Origin: Podarcis melisellensis
Taxonomy: Eukaryota
Strand: one strand, 5' to 3'
Length of the DNA stretch: 64,000 nucleotides
NCBI GenBank assembly: GCA_964234715.1
Contig: OZ174282.1
Shown here: positions 1-11,806 of the stretch, in pieces
How the letters are laid out: the number at the start of each line of letters is the position of its first letter
Position numbering within the stretch: position 1 is the first letter of the stretch
Position numbers and translations under genes: made by a program
The notes under the pieces: generated by a model
The model's database searches: none
Told to the model about the DNA's origin: nothing
What the model saw: the letters and a program-made list of their open reading frames with translations, nothing else

Positions 1-570
1 AGCTGAATTCTATGGCCTGGATTTGCCCAGGACCACAGCCTTCATTTTAGAGAAAGTTTAAGAGAGATTTCTATAGCAAAATGCAATTGGGAAACGAATT
101 GGGGTTTTTCATCAGCTCTCTCCCCCTCCACGGAAGGCAGCCAGCACCTTCCTTGTTCTGGAGCGCTGACTCTAGTCAGTAGGACCACAATGGGCTCCAG
201 ATGGGGCCTACTTGTCCCTAGAATTGCTGGGCAAGAGCAGAACCTGGCAAAAATGTGGCATCTCTTGTCTCCAGTCCTTGCTCTACAGCTTGCAGAGGAA
301 AAGAGTTGGGGATACTTTGCTGTAATCTCAAAAGTTGCAAGAGAGTTTAAGAGAAGCGTCGTTGGTCAGTGGCCACCTTCCTGCTCCTCCTGCACAACAG
401 TTCAAAACACTCTGCCCTCTTCCCCGGCTAATCTGTCACTGATCAACCCTTCCTTTACATGAGCCTTTGCCCACCGCCCCCAAAGAAAGCACATGCCTTG
501 AAACAAGCAAACTGGTCAGATTTGCCTAATCTGCTATGATTGCAGGGTGAGGATGCTTTTGATTCAGATC

Positions 571-576
<6 letters not shown>

Positions 577-614
<38 letters not shown>

Positions 615-616
615 CG
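577..616. repeat. (TC)n(TG)n microsatellite
   Basis: Seen directly. Confidence 0.95.
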
Positions 617-994
617 TGCTGTGCAACACCCATAGCGTATACAGGGCCAGCTCCAAACAAAACAAAACCTGCTGTTAACAGTTATCAACTTCACAAATCC
701 CCACCAGACACTCTCTTTCAACAAGTCAAAAGAGACCTCCAAACTGCTGCTGACCTAAGCTGGTCCAAGAAAGAGAGCACTTCTCCAGTTCTATCCGCCT
801 TTCCCCCTGCATTCAATGGAGCAGCAGCAGCAGCAAATGCCTTGGAAATTCATTTTCCACAAGGAAAGAAGTGAAATGTCATGATGGAAGAGTTTAGTCC
901 TTGGCAACCAGGAGAAGGATGTTGCAAGAAGTGGGAGGTGGAGAGGATGGGGTTCCAAAGGGATGCAAAAACTTGGAGGATGCCAGGCATTGCA

Positions 995-2675
995 ACCCAT
1001 ATGGTTGTCGCCAATTGAAACAATTACAATTAAAAGAATAAACATGGATAGGCGGTGGGTGACCTAAAGAGATTTGTTGGACTTTTCGAGGAACAAACCC
1101 GGACTGAAACCACTGGAAGAAGTAAGGAGCCAAGTTACCGACTGGCTTCAGTATCACCAATTACATGATATGTTTAAATTAGATAAGAAAAATTGTGGGT
1201 TTTTTAAAAAGCTCTCAGTTTGAAAAAAGAGTTATTGACGAACAAGGAAAAATTATTCTCCAAAATGTATACACTGTTATTGGAATGGGAAACAAAAGAT
1301 GAGCTGATTCAGTAATCAATGACCCACTGGGCAATGGATATAGGATATAATATAGACTTAAACCTCTGGGAGAAACTTTGGGGGAAAACGATCTGAAATT
1401 TACTGGATGCTACACATTGAAAGAGAATTATATGAAAATGATCCATAGATGATATTTAACTCCGAGTAGATTAGCTAAGATGTATAAGGCGGAATCGGAC
1501 TTATGTTGGAAATGCAAAGAAGTAGAAGGAACTTTTTTCCATATGTTGTGGGTATGCAAAAAAGTTAAAGTATATTGGGAAATGATATATAATGAGATGA
1601 AAAAGATGTTTAAAACAACTTTTTTAAAAAAGCCAGTGGCAGTGGCGTAGCGTGGGGGGTGCAGGAGGGGCCGGCCGCACCGGGTGCAACATCGGGGGGG
1701 GGGGCGCGCTCGCCACCTCCGGAGTCGCCGAAGAGCCTCGGGCGCAGGCTGTAGCAGAGCCCCATGTCTCGCGGAACTGACGAGCTGTGCGCGCGTCCGG
1801 GCTGAAGGCGTCCGGCAGGCAGCGGCTCTCAGCGCTCACCGCAGTCCCCGCGCGTCAGGGTCACGGAGGGTGCGCCAGGTAGCCCCGCCGCCGCCGCCGC
1901 CGCCGCTGCTGCTGCTGCTGCTGGGCCATGTTGCATTTTCCTCGCCTCTCTGCCCTCCTCCTCCGGGCAAGCGGCGTCGTTTGGGCGGCAGCGCCAGCGG
2001 CAACTCGCCTCAGATCACCTGACACGGACCCGCTGCCGCCGCCATGGCTACCTTACCGTAAATACCCCAGCCCAGGCAGTAGCAAGAAGAAGCTGGCAGC
2101 GACGGCAGGTTAGGGGTTAGGGGGCGCAAATTACTTGCCTTGCCCCAGGTGCTGACAACCCACGCTATGCCGCTGGCCAGTGGCATTTCTCTTAGAAATT
2201 ATTCAGACAGAGGTTCCCAGGAGTCAGAAGAACTTATTCATGTACGCAACAACAGCGGCTCGGATCTTGTTAGCCCAAAAATGGAAAGTGAGAAAGGTCC
2301 CTAGTAAGGAAGACTGGCAACTTAAGATGATAGAATATGCAGAACTAGCAGGCCTAACAAGTAGAATAAGAGAACAAGAAGAACAGGTATTTAAAGAGGA
2401 GTGGATTTTTTTTGTCAAGTATATTGAAAATAATTGTGCACAGTTAAAAATGCTGGCAGTATTAAAGTAATTCAACAATATAACATATTTTGAACTGATG
2501 TAAGATAGGAAAATTAAATTAGTTGGATATATTAAAATATGCAGGAATGGTGGACAAGTTAAATGAACCTTGGAAAGCGAGTGAGGGAAGTCAATGAATG
2601 TATGGTATAATAAAACATGTTTAATTTGAAATGTAAAATTTGAAAATTTAATAAAAAATATTAATAATAAAAAAG
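995..2675 (+). mobile_element. L1 LINE, 5'-truncated 3' portion of ORF2 with 3'UTR and A-rich tail, split by a MITE
   Basis: Degenerate ORF2 C-terminus WLSPIET...YLTPSRLAKMY...CWKCKEVEGTFFHMLWVC (CCHC knuckle)...KP|VAFLLEI...AARILLAQKWK; stops and frameshifts; A-rich end at about 2650-2675; start approximate. Confidence 0.88.
1640..2175. mobile_element. hAT-type non-autonomous DNA transposon (536 bp) with CpG-rich interior
   Basis: TIRs CAGTGGCGTAGCGTGGG and revcomp CAGCGGCATAGCGTGGG (15/17); perfect 8-bp TSD GCCAGTGG at 1632-1639 and 2176-2183; excision restores the L1 frame. Confidence 0.93.
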
Positions 2676-2676
2676 A

Positions 2677-2903
2677 GAGTCCCCAACCTCCCAAGGGAGT
2701 CTCTCTTCCACCATTGAACAGTGCTTACTGTCAGAAAATTCTTCCTTATGTTTAGCTGGAATCTCCTTTCTTGTAACTCGAATCCATTGGTTTGAGTCCT
2801 AGCCTCTGGAGCAGGAGAAAACAAGCTTGCTCCATCTTCCATGTGACGGCCCTTTAGATATTTGATGATAGCTATCATATCTCCCCTCTTTTCCAGGCCA
2901 AAC
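2677..2903 (-). mobile_element. CR1 LINE fragment (ORF2 C-terminus)
   Basis: MFGLEKRGDMIAIIKYLKG...LFSPAPEARTQTNGFELQERRFQLNIRKNFLTV is the typical CR1 C-terminal region. Confidence 0.85.
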
Positions 2904-2924
2904 AAAATAATTCAAATACTGCTT

Positions 2925-3290
2925 TAGAAGGGAGAGGGGGGTGAAATCACAAAATAGCTGCATTCTGTACTAGCTACAGCAGCTGACCCATCTTCAAGGG
3001 CAGCCCCACATGTAGGGCACAGCACTAGTCTAAACAGAAGATTACAGGAGCATAAATATCTCTGGCTAGACTCTTTGTCAGGAGAGGCTGGCACACAAAG
3101 CTGGCGAAAGACAAGATGTGCCACTGAGGTCCCTTGTGCTTCTATAGTGGCAGCAGCTAGATCAATAAGCTCCAACAATCTGCACACATGATTCCTCAAG
3201 AGGAGTGTGAACCCACCCAGAAGATCTGGAACACCATCTTCAAACAGCCTCTGTCTTGGTGATTCAATTAGGGATTCTAATGACATCAAG
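2925..3290 (-). mobile_element. L2 LINE fragment (old, post-RT region)
   Basis: Degenerate match to L2 ORF2 motifs (TLPLK.QVR.LG..LD...LEAQV.SVA..AF.QL; GLPLK...LQLVQNAA). Confidence 0.65.
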
Positions 3291-4677
3291 TGATTGACTG
3301 GTGGGTGGTCACCTTTGCCAACTGGGGATGTGGGGAGATAATGAACTTGCCCTCTGGGTCAAAAAGGTCCCCCTTCCCTCCCCTCTCCCATTCAGTGCAG
3401 AACTTTTCTTTCTGCAAAAGGAGAATTTGGGAAGAGATCTGCTACCCGATCCCTGCAATGAAATGGAAAAAACACCAGGGAAGGGTTGGGGGGCAGTAGG
3501 AAGGCAAGTTAATGCTGCCCATCTCCAGCTAATTCGGGGAGGGGATGCTTTTCAGCTGCATTTGTTATGAAAGTCACTGCCAATGTTTAATGGAATGTAG
3601 GTCACAGTTAATCAGATGTTCAGTCTGTCTGACAGCTCCGAATATTCAGCAGTCATGGGAGAAAAACAGCATAGAAAATACACAGAAGAGAACAGCTCAC
3701 ACGCGAAGTGACCCTCCAGGACCCCCAAGCCTGGGGGTGGAATGGGGCTGTGTCACAGTGACACCAATCTGGGGCAGGAACTGACATTAAAGAAATGGGG
3801 GAGGGGCAGACATCTCCCCACCCCCACCCCATACCCTGGTAAAATCCACACAGCAACTCTCACTTTCCCTGTTACTTAAATGGATTGCTATTTTCCTACA
3901 AGTCTCCCCTACACACAACTGACAAGGAAGGCCCTCGTGGTTATTTACTGGCTAAAGAAGACTGACCACCCCTCACTCTCATCTTTGCCCCAGTGCCAGA
4001 GCTCCTTCCTTCCACCCCACCCTTTCTTGGCCAGCTCAGGAGACTCTGACATAAGGGCCTTCCAGGAGGTGAGAGCCTTTCCTGCTGCAGCCTTCATAGA
4101 GCTGGGGGTGGGGGAAGGGCCCCAACAGGTGTCACTACTCTTGGCCCAAAGCCCACACAAAGAGGGTCCGTGACCTGCATTCACAACAGCCGCACAGCAG
4201 CAACTTGCCCATGAAACAGAGCAGATTTTTAAGATATGAAGAGGGGAGTAGATGTGCAGCCCCTCCTGGAGCCATTTCCAGAACATACCATTTCCAGGTG
4301 GTATTGCTGGACTCCCAACTCCCATCATTCCTGGCTATGTGATGCCACGCTGGCTGTTGGGGCTGATGGGATTTGGAGTCCAACACCTGGCTCCCTGGTT
4401 TAGGCAATTATTTTTTTTAAATGGATCTTTGGACATGGACTCCATTCCCTAGTGCATGCACTGGGCCTCTTTGAAAAACAGCAGCCCAAAAAGCTGCTGC
4501 CCTTATGTGCAAGAATCCCGGCAAAGAGAAAGCTCTCCTGAAAGGGAAGGAGCCTTCCAAATGCAGCTGCTGTACCCGAAGGGAAGAGGAGAAAAGGGGA
4601 GGAGACAGCTGGTGGCTCACCCTGCTTTGCCCTGCCGGACAACAGCCTCAACAGCAGGCACACTGCGCCTGGAGAAG

Positions 4678-4702
4678 GAGGAGGAGGAGGAGGAGGAGGA
4701 GG
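4678..4702. repeat. (GAG)n microsatellite
   Basis: Seen directly. Confidence 0.95.
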
Positions 4703-6245
4703 AAAGAGCTGGCTTCTTGCTGCCTGTGGTTCATGCAGGATCCCCAAGGAGACCTAAACAAGCTCCCCTGGCATGCTGATGGGAACGGGCTCCTTCCAAT
4801 CTCCTCCATGGCTCTGCTTGTTTCCATGGCAATACCACAAGGGAAAGTTTCCATCCCAGATGCCAAATGCCTGTGGATGAGGCACAGCCCTCCGAGGCTG
4901 ACCAAATATAGACAAAACTCAAAAAGTGCTTCACTGTGCAGGGCAAGGAGGATGGACCTGAAGGCCTCCCCCTCTCACAAAACAGCTCCAGGAACAGCTC
5001 TCGGCACACCCTTGGGGGCCTTGCCTGCTGAGAGTTGCAGCCCCCCACCCAACTCAAAGACTACAGCCCCTGGAGCAGAAGAGCCACAGAAGAAAACTGG
5101 ATGGTTCAGATCGCTGCTCCCTTATAGCCTCTCTGCCATGGGGGAAAGAGAGGCAAGAGGCCAGTCACCACCACCACACAGAGGGACTCTGCATGAAGTC
5201 TGAAGGGCAACAGATGTGGGCCTCAGCTGGACCTGAAGGTGACAAGCTCAAGGGGCAGGAAAGGCCAGCAGGGGAGCTTCAACTTAAGGCAGAGCCCAGG
5301 CTAGAAAACCCATGCAAATTATGTTTGCCTGGGGGTGGGGTGAGGCATGGCTGGCTGGCAGGATCTGGGCCATGCACAGGGATCCTTCCCCTTCCCGCTG
5401 TGCTGAAGTCAGAGCTGGGCACTGTCGGCACACACAGGAATGCCCAGTAGTGGTGCCAGGCCAGGCGGAGGCTCCATCATTGCTGTTGAAAGCGAACTAC
5501 TGTTCCTTCTCTTACTCCAGTCAGCTTACATGAGTCACGGGGCCAACAGACACTCCTTCTGCTAACAAACAGAAATTGTCATGGGAAGTGCTGTCTGCTC
5601 AAAACACAGGCCCTGACTGAGTGCATCCACACAACCAAGTCCACAAGCGGATCTGCACCTAATGATCAGCTGACCCCACCATCAACGAGCACCATCAACC
5701 AACCAGAACTCCAGTCTTCTACAACCAGCACTTGGCAGATGCAGAGAGCTCTGAAAGTCCTGCCAAAGCCACCATGAGGTGTACTAGAAGGAAAGGAAGG
5801 CCAATGTGATGGCGGAGAACTAGCAAGTGGGGCCAGCTCCTGACCCAACATAAAGCTCTGGGCTTAATGCAGTAGCTGCATAGGAGAGAGGGTGAGGGGT
5901 GTAGACAGACATGGCTTCTCTCCTCATGGTACCACAACAAGGCAGCCTGCTGGATAAGTCCACACCTTCCTGCCTTGTGTACTGGGCAGAAGAATCATAG
6001 CATTATTATTTTTCTTGTCTTAGTGTTATTATCTTGAAAATGTGCACCCTGCCCTTAGTGCCAACAACAAATAGCATTTTATACGTGCTCTCCTGTGCCC
6101 AGGGAGTCCTCCCCACTCCTTCGTGGCTGGACGGTCCTGCAGCAAGACAGCCTCTGCAGAAGCCCTGCCTCTTTGTAGGGCAGGCGGCAAAGGCAGTGGA
6201 GCAAGTTGCTCTGAAGGATGCCCCAGAGAGGCGTTGGCGACTTAC

Positions 6246-6396
6246 GCTGTTTGCAGGAGTTCTGGGTTGGGCACGCACTGTAGGCGGTGGGAGAGGAGCT
6301 GGAAGGCATTGCTCTGGGGCAGGAGCATCAGAAGCCCGTACAGAGCCTTGATGAGGTAAGGGTTGTTCTTCACGTCCAGCAGCTGTAAGCGGAGAT
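6246..6396 (-). CDS. VAC14: VAC14 exon 18 (151 nt) [50 protein letters not shown]
   Basis: gcag|AT CTC...ACA GC|gtaagt; ORF 6242..6544. Confidence 0.97.
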
Positions 6397-7404
6397 CTGC
6401 AAGCAAAGAAGGGAAGGGTAAGCAGGGCTGTGAAAGCTGCTGACCTTTGTCCAAAGAGGGGGAAGGAGGGAGGGAGGGAGAGGCAGGGTGCACAGAACCT
6501 CTGAGTCCTTCTCTTCCATCCATCTTCTTGCCTTTTGTATGCATGCATGCAGCTGCATGCCATCACACCATTTGTGTCTCCCTGGTGGAAAGTGGGGAGC
6601 TTTCTGCCATGGAAAGCACAGAGATGCTGCCATCCACTCAGCAAATAGACCCAGAAATAGGAGAGGGATACTGAAATGGCAATGAATCTCGGAGGGTCAT
6701 GGGGCTGGAGTCACAGTGGGACTGCCTTTGTGCAAGAAGGAGTGTTGTGTGCATGCATGCCTCTTTGGCAGCATAGGCAAAGGGATTTGAGGAGTTTAAC
6801 ACCTGCTCTATGGGGTATTATAGGAACAGGAAAGCCAGCTGATGGAGAAAGATTTGCCATTGAAGCAGCAGGTTCAGGAGACAGTGTGAGGCCCGGGCAG
6901 GGATGTGAGCCCAAGGGCTGACTCAGAAGGTCACACGACAGCCTGATCAATGGCTCAATAGTCTGCATGGGAACAAGCTTCTTGGCTTCCTTTCCCCACA
7001 TCAACTGGCACTGTTACCTTGGGACTACCAAGCCGAGTTCTGGTCAACAGGAAAAACAACCAAATGCTATCTTGCCAGAAAGGGGGGAAGGGGACATTAA
7101 AGTTCTGAGTAGCAGAACTCACGAAGGAGGTTGACAAGGGAGGAGGAGATCAGAGGAGAGGCTTGAAAGCTGGAGAAGGCAACACAGTCAAGGACAGGCT
7201 GGACATATGTTTAGGTTGAGCCTCCTGAAAGGCTCACCTCACAGTAGCCAAGTGTATCCATAGCAAAAAAGTCACAGGGTGTGAAGGGTTTAAAGGACAT
7301 GGAGGTGGTTATTCTAGCAGGACAATGCAAAGGCCTTTTGAGCTGCCAAGGGAAGCTGTGGTGTCATCTTCCTTGAAGGCAGCTGGAGGGTGGAAGTGGA
7401 CAGG

Positions 7405-7797
7405 GAGATCTTTTTCTTCCTCTCCCATAATGCTAGAACTGATCCAATGAGGGAGATTCAGGAGAGGCAAAGAAAAGTTCTTCTTCACCAAGTGTACAGT
7501 TAAACTATGGAATCTGTTCCACATGATGTTGTGAAGGCCACCAACTTGGATGGCTTTAAAAGATTGGACAAATTCACAGAGGAGGATAGCGCCATCAATG
7601 GCCCCGAGCCACAATGGCTGCTTACTAGCTCCAGAATCAGAAGCAGCCTGCTTTTGAATACCAGTTGCTGGGAATCACATGGAAAGAGTGCAGCTGTGGA
7701 CTTTCCACTGAAGCAACTTGATGGCTGCTGTGAGAACAGAATGCTGGACTAGATGGGCCTCCTTTGGCCTGATCCAGCTGCAGAGCTCTTCTTATGA
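7405..7797 (+). mobile_element. CR1 3' end fragment
   Basis: ttcttcttcac..ttaaactatggaat..gccaccaacttggatggctttaaaag..atgctggactagatgggc..gctcttcttatg; same family as 29815-30250. Confidence 0.75.
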
Positions 7798-8399
7798 GGG
7801 GCAGCAGACAGGAGAGGCTTTATTTGGAATAGGGGACCTTGGTGTAGACCAGGGTGCTGCTCCAGATTGCCTTGCAGGTCCCCTCCAGAGTGAGATAGTT
7901 GCCTTGCAACAGCCCAGTTGGGCAGGCATGGGTGGGAGACAGCAGTGCCCCACCCCCAGTGAAGATCCCAGCAATTCAAAAGAACGAGGGGGGCTTCTGC
8001 ATGGAACAGAAGCTCCTTGCAACCATCGCTGCAAGTGGCTCCCGTGTTGACATCCACTACACTGGTGGCTACTGCAGCTGCATGGAAAGGAAGACTCTGG
8101 AGGGCATGGTACAAGGTCAAATGGTTCAGCAGGAGTGGGAGAAAGCGTTGTTTCTGCTGCTGAGGCTCTCTCTTTTGTAGCAACAAGTAGCTCAGAAGCA
8201 CATTCCTAAGTGGAACTTGCCCCCTGGGTTTCCACACCCACCCTCCAATGCAAAGGTCAAAGCCTGGAATTAAAAAGGGTCTTTTTTGTGGGGGACTATA
8301 GGCCACCTGGTAGCCCAACCCCTTGCCTGCTCAATGCAGGAGATTGAGAGCTGGAGCCTCCATCCCCAGCAGATCAAAGAGGGATTTGTCCAGCCCCTG

Positions 8400-8616
8400 A
8401 GAACATAAGAAGAGCCTGTTGGATCAGGGAAATGGCCTGTCTAGTTCAGCATCCTGTTCTCACCATGGCCACCCAGACGCCTATAGGAAAACTGCAAGCA
8501 GGACCTGAGCACAAGAGCACTCTCCTCTCCTGTGGTTCCCAGCAAACCAATATTCAGAAGCATGACAGCCTCCAGCTGTGGAAGGCAGAGTGTGGCCATC
8601 GTGGCTAGTAGCCTTT
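8400..8616 (-). mobile_element. CR1 3'UTR fragment
   Basis: gaacataagaagagcctgttggatcag...tctagttcagcatcctgttct; inverse of the 7405-7797 family. Confidence 0.7.
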
Positions 8617-9230
8617 GCTTGAAGGAAGACAGCTAAGGAGGGCCTCCACCCCACCCTGCAATCGCCTTGTCCAACAGCTCTTCCCAGCAAGCCTCTTAAT
8701 GTTCAGCTAACAGCTACCCACCTATTACTTAAGCCCATGTGAACAAGTCTCTGTCCTCTCTAGGGCAGCAGCAGCAGCGAAGAAGGCTCTTCACTTCTCT
8801 TATGCAGGGGGCCCTCGGGGACTTGAAATATGTTATCCTTTTCTTCTCCAGAGCAGACCCACGCAGTTCCTCCCACCTTCCCCCCTGGGGCTGGTTTTTC
8901 ATCCCCCGTTTCCCTTGGTCTCCCCTGAGCAAATGCAGTTTGTGTCCCTAACCTACATTCTGCTTCCTATCCACTGCAATGCTGCTGCTGCTGCTTTTGG
9001 ATGGCCCTAATGGGCACATGAGCCAGAAGGTCTCACAGCAAAGAGGCTCATAACTTCTGCTCTATTTATTTGGGCCACGTCGCCAGTTGCAATGAGGGAG
9101 TGGGGGAGGAGAGGGGCCTCGGGTACGTGTGTCAGTGCTAATGCACCACAAAGTGCAAAGCCCCCCAAACCTTCCTGCCAATGCGAGCGCACACACACAC
9201 ACACTTCTGCGAGAGTGAAAGAGAGCTTAC

Positions 9231-9310
9231 ATGTAAAAATCGGACACTCGATCAACTGGACCAGCTTGTCAACCTCAATCAGGAAATCCACTGTGACCTC
9301 CAGGTCACCA
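9231..9310 (-). CDS. VAC14: VAC14 exon 17 (80 nt) [26 protein letters not shown](Y)
   Basis: ctcag|T GGT...ACA T|gtaagc; ORF 9007..9393. Confidence 0.97.
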
Positions 9311-11122
9311 CTGAGCACGGCTGTTAAGGAGCCTAATCTGCCCATGCTGGCAGGGGTTGATGGGATTTGTAGTCCAAAACATCTGGAAGGCACTAGGCAC
9401 TAGGGTGAGGGGTGGGCAGATGCCACACAGCCTAACACCACGCTGCTCTACAAAGCCAAAGACCAGAGAGAGGATGAACAAGCTTCTTCTCTTAAGCTCC
9501 TGGCTTTGAAGATGGCATGATGAAGGCGCTTGCAAAACACCACTGCCTTTTTTGATGGGGCTCGTGCAGAGACACAGAGAGACCTTCCTGGAAGAAAACC
9601 CCCCCACACACACACACACTCTTGCCTACCCGCAGGCCACTTTTCCAATGCTAAGCACAAAATGTGGATTATTCTGCCAGATCTGACTGTTCCCGCCTTC
9701 TCAACATGGAAACATGAGCTAAAAACAGAGAAGCTGTTTAATCCTCATTGTTGGAAAAAAAATCCTGGGAACGGACAGTTTCTGCTACGCAGGCCCATGT
9801 TCAAAATTTTTGTGGCAGAAGCAGGTCAGTGGTAACAGCAAAAATCTAAATGTACACAGTCTAGTGTAGCCTTCGCCAACCTGGTGCTGTCTGGGGAGCT
9901 GATGGGAGTTGCAGTCCAAAATGTCTGGAGCGTCCTAGGTTGGCGAAGGCTGCTCTAGCGGATTAAAAGTTACTGGTGGTGATAAACTTAGTAAGATTAA
10001 AATTATTGTAATTTTAATAGACTCCAAGTGCTCTTAAAAGAGAATCTGAACTTGTGTGTACCTAAGAGATTGGTCATGCACATACAGCCTGTAGTACTCT
10101 GTTTATGCCCAATAATATAATTTTTAGAAGTCTGAAGATGAGTTCGCCATGAATTTTAAAACATGGTTCAAAGCACATAGGAGAGACTTCAGACAAAAAG
10201 CAGCCCCATGTAACGGGGTCTGGCGGTTTGCACCCCTAGCACCCCCCAGCAGCATTAGGCATGAAACTGGCCTTAGCTGAGAACTGTGCAAATGCTACAA
10301 ATAGGCTCTTCTCAAACCTCCCCTTTTCCTGGAAGTCCTAACCAGCAAGTTGTGCCATGTGCTCAGTGGTCAATGCTCTTCATGGCTGGGAGCTTTAGGT
10401 TTCTCTCGGTGTTACTGCAATCTATTGTAAGCTGCTTTGAGGATCAATCCAAGGCAGGATATAAATCTCCAAAATAATATCCTACTGCAGCTAAGCCAAA
10501 GGATGTGTAATTGAAACGATGCTCTGCTGTCTCTTCTGCCCCCATTCGCCCTCTGCTTTCCTCTGTTTCTGCACTATGCCCATTTTAAGATGACCAAGTG
10601 GATCTCACATAATTTAGTGCAATGTTTCTCAAACTGGGGTCCCCAGCTGTTGTTGGACTACAACTCCAGTCACCCCCAGCTAGCAGGACAAGTGGTCAGG
10701 GATGATGGGAGTTGCAGTCCAACAACAGCTGAGGACCCCAGTTTGAGAAACATTGCACTAAATTATGTGAGATCCGTCTGGTGAGGGAGAGAGGCAGGGA
10801 GCACATCCAGTCCTGTACATCATCCAACATCTCCCAACATCCTTACGACTTTTGAGCTCTTTTATCCGAGAGACTTTTCCAGCCATAGGAGCTGTTCTGG
10901 TCTCTGCTGCTATCATGATGTGCAATGGTGAATCTCAGAAAATGAGGATCCCTTCCGCAATGTAAAGGACCTTGGGGCTGACCACTTCTAACTGGCAGCC
11001 CGAGTTCACTGCCGTATTTTATGGGCCAAGGGGCGGCAACTTCCGAGGCCTGCTTAGACTCCACAGTGCAGACAGCCGCTGTCTCATGCTACCTTCCCTC
11101 CCTCCCCATGCTAGAAGGATAC
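9311..11122 (-). other. VAC14: U12-type (minor spliceosome) GT-AG intron 16
   Basis: 5' GTATCCTTC; consensus branch TCCTTAAC at 9323-9330, 12 nt from exon 17. Confidence 0.93.
10620..10755. mobile_element. Palindromic hAT-derived MITE (tgggagttgtagtcc family)
   Basis: Arms caatgtttctcaaactggggtc...ggactacaactcc and their reverse complement; related to 55380-55515. Confidence 0.85.
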
Positions 11123-11241
11123 AACTTCTGGATGAGGTCATAGGCATGCTTGTAGTTCTGAGTGAGGAAGCAGAGGGAGACGGTGGTCACTGGGTTGTGG
11201 CACCAGGAACGGTACAGGCAGCAGAACAGGTTGCGGCTCTC
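11123..11241 (-). CDS. VAC14: VAC14 exon 16 (119 nt) [39 protein letters not shown](F)
   Basis: ccccag|GAG...AAG TT|gtatccttc (U12 donor); ORF 11089..11388. Confidence 0.97.
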
Positions 11242-11806
11242 CTGGGGAGACAAAAAAATAAGAGGAGTTGACTTGCACCTCCACACACCACTCCCAAGTC
11301 CGCTCTTGAGAACCAAAGGCAACTCCAGCAAAACAGAGCGCCAAAAACTAGGTAGCAAGGTGGGACGAGGGGTCACCTCCTGCAACAACGCAGAGCCAGA
11401 TGTCCTGGTGGCAGGGCTTCAGCACTGCCAAGCACAGCAGGACCACCATGTGTGCCACTTATGGTAGATAATCCGGCATTCACAGCCTGCTCCCCCGCCC
11501 CCGGGGGCTTTGTTAAATTTATGTTTTCTGTCCTGCTGGTAGCAGAAAACAGCTGAAAATTGCATATGGCCAGCTGATGCCAGGAAGGAAAGGAAGGGGA
11601 AAAGCGGATCCTCTTCTCATGTTCTGATTTCACTGTGAGAGACAGTGGCGACAACCAACTTGGACAGCTATAAAAAACAGGGTGTGTGGGTGTGTTGATG
11701 GCCGCCTGAGATCCAGCATGCAGTGCTCAAGTCACTTCAAGGGTGGGTGGAGAAAGAGGCTGCACAGACCAGCAGTCACAGACACATCTTCTCAGGTGCA
11801 ACATAC

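Noticed and set aside
2109-2125. Telomere-like GGTTAGGGGTTAGGGGG
   Set aside because: Only two imperfect units, within the MITE subterminal region.
4505-5203. Longest plus-strand ORF (232 aa)
   Set aside because: No recognisable domain; poly-Arg comes from a (GAG)n microsatellite; GC-rich intronic sequence antisense to VAC14, with overlapping ORFs in several frames.
1-6245. Search for the VAC14 terminal exon (IDY.ELLQHFEKVQNKH)
   Set aside because: Not found; a QNK-like hit near 150-160 does not extend. The exon is probably left of the window.
6006-6644. 212-aa minus-strand ORF over exon 18
   Set aside because: An alternative frame running through the real exon; only 6246-6396 in the VAC14 frame is supported.
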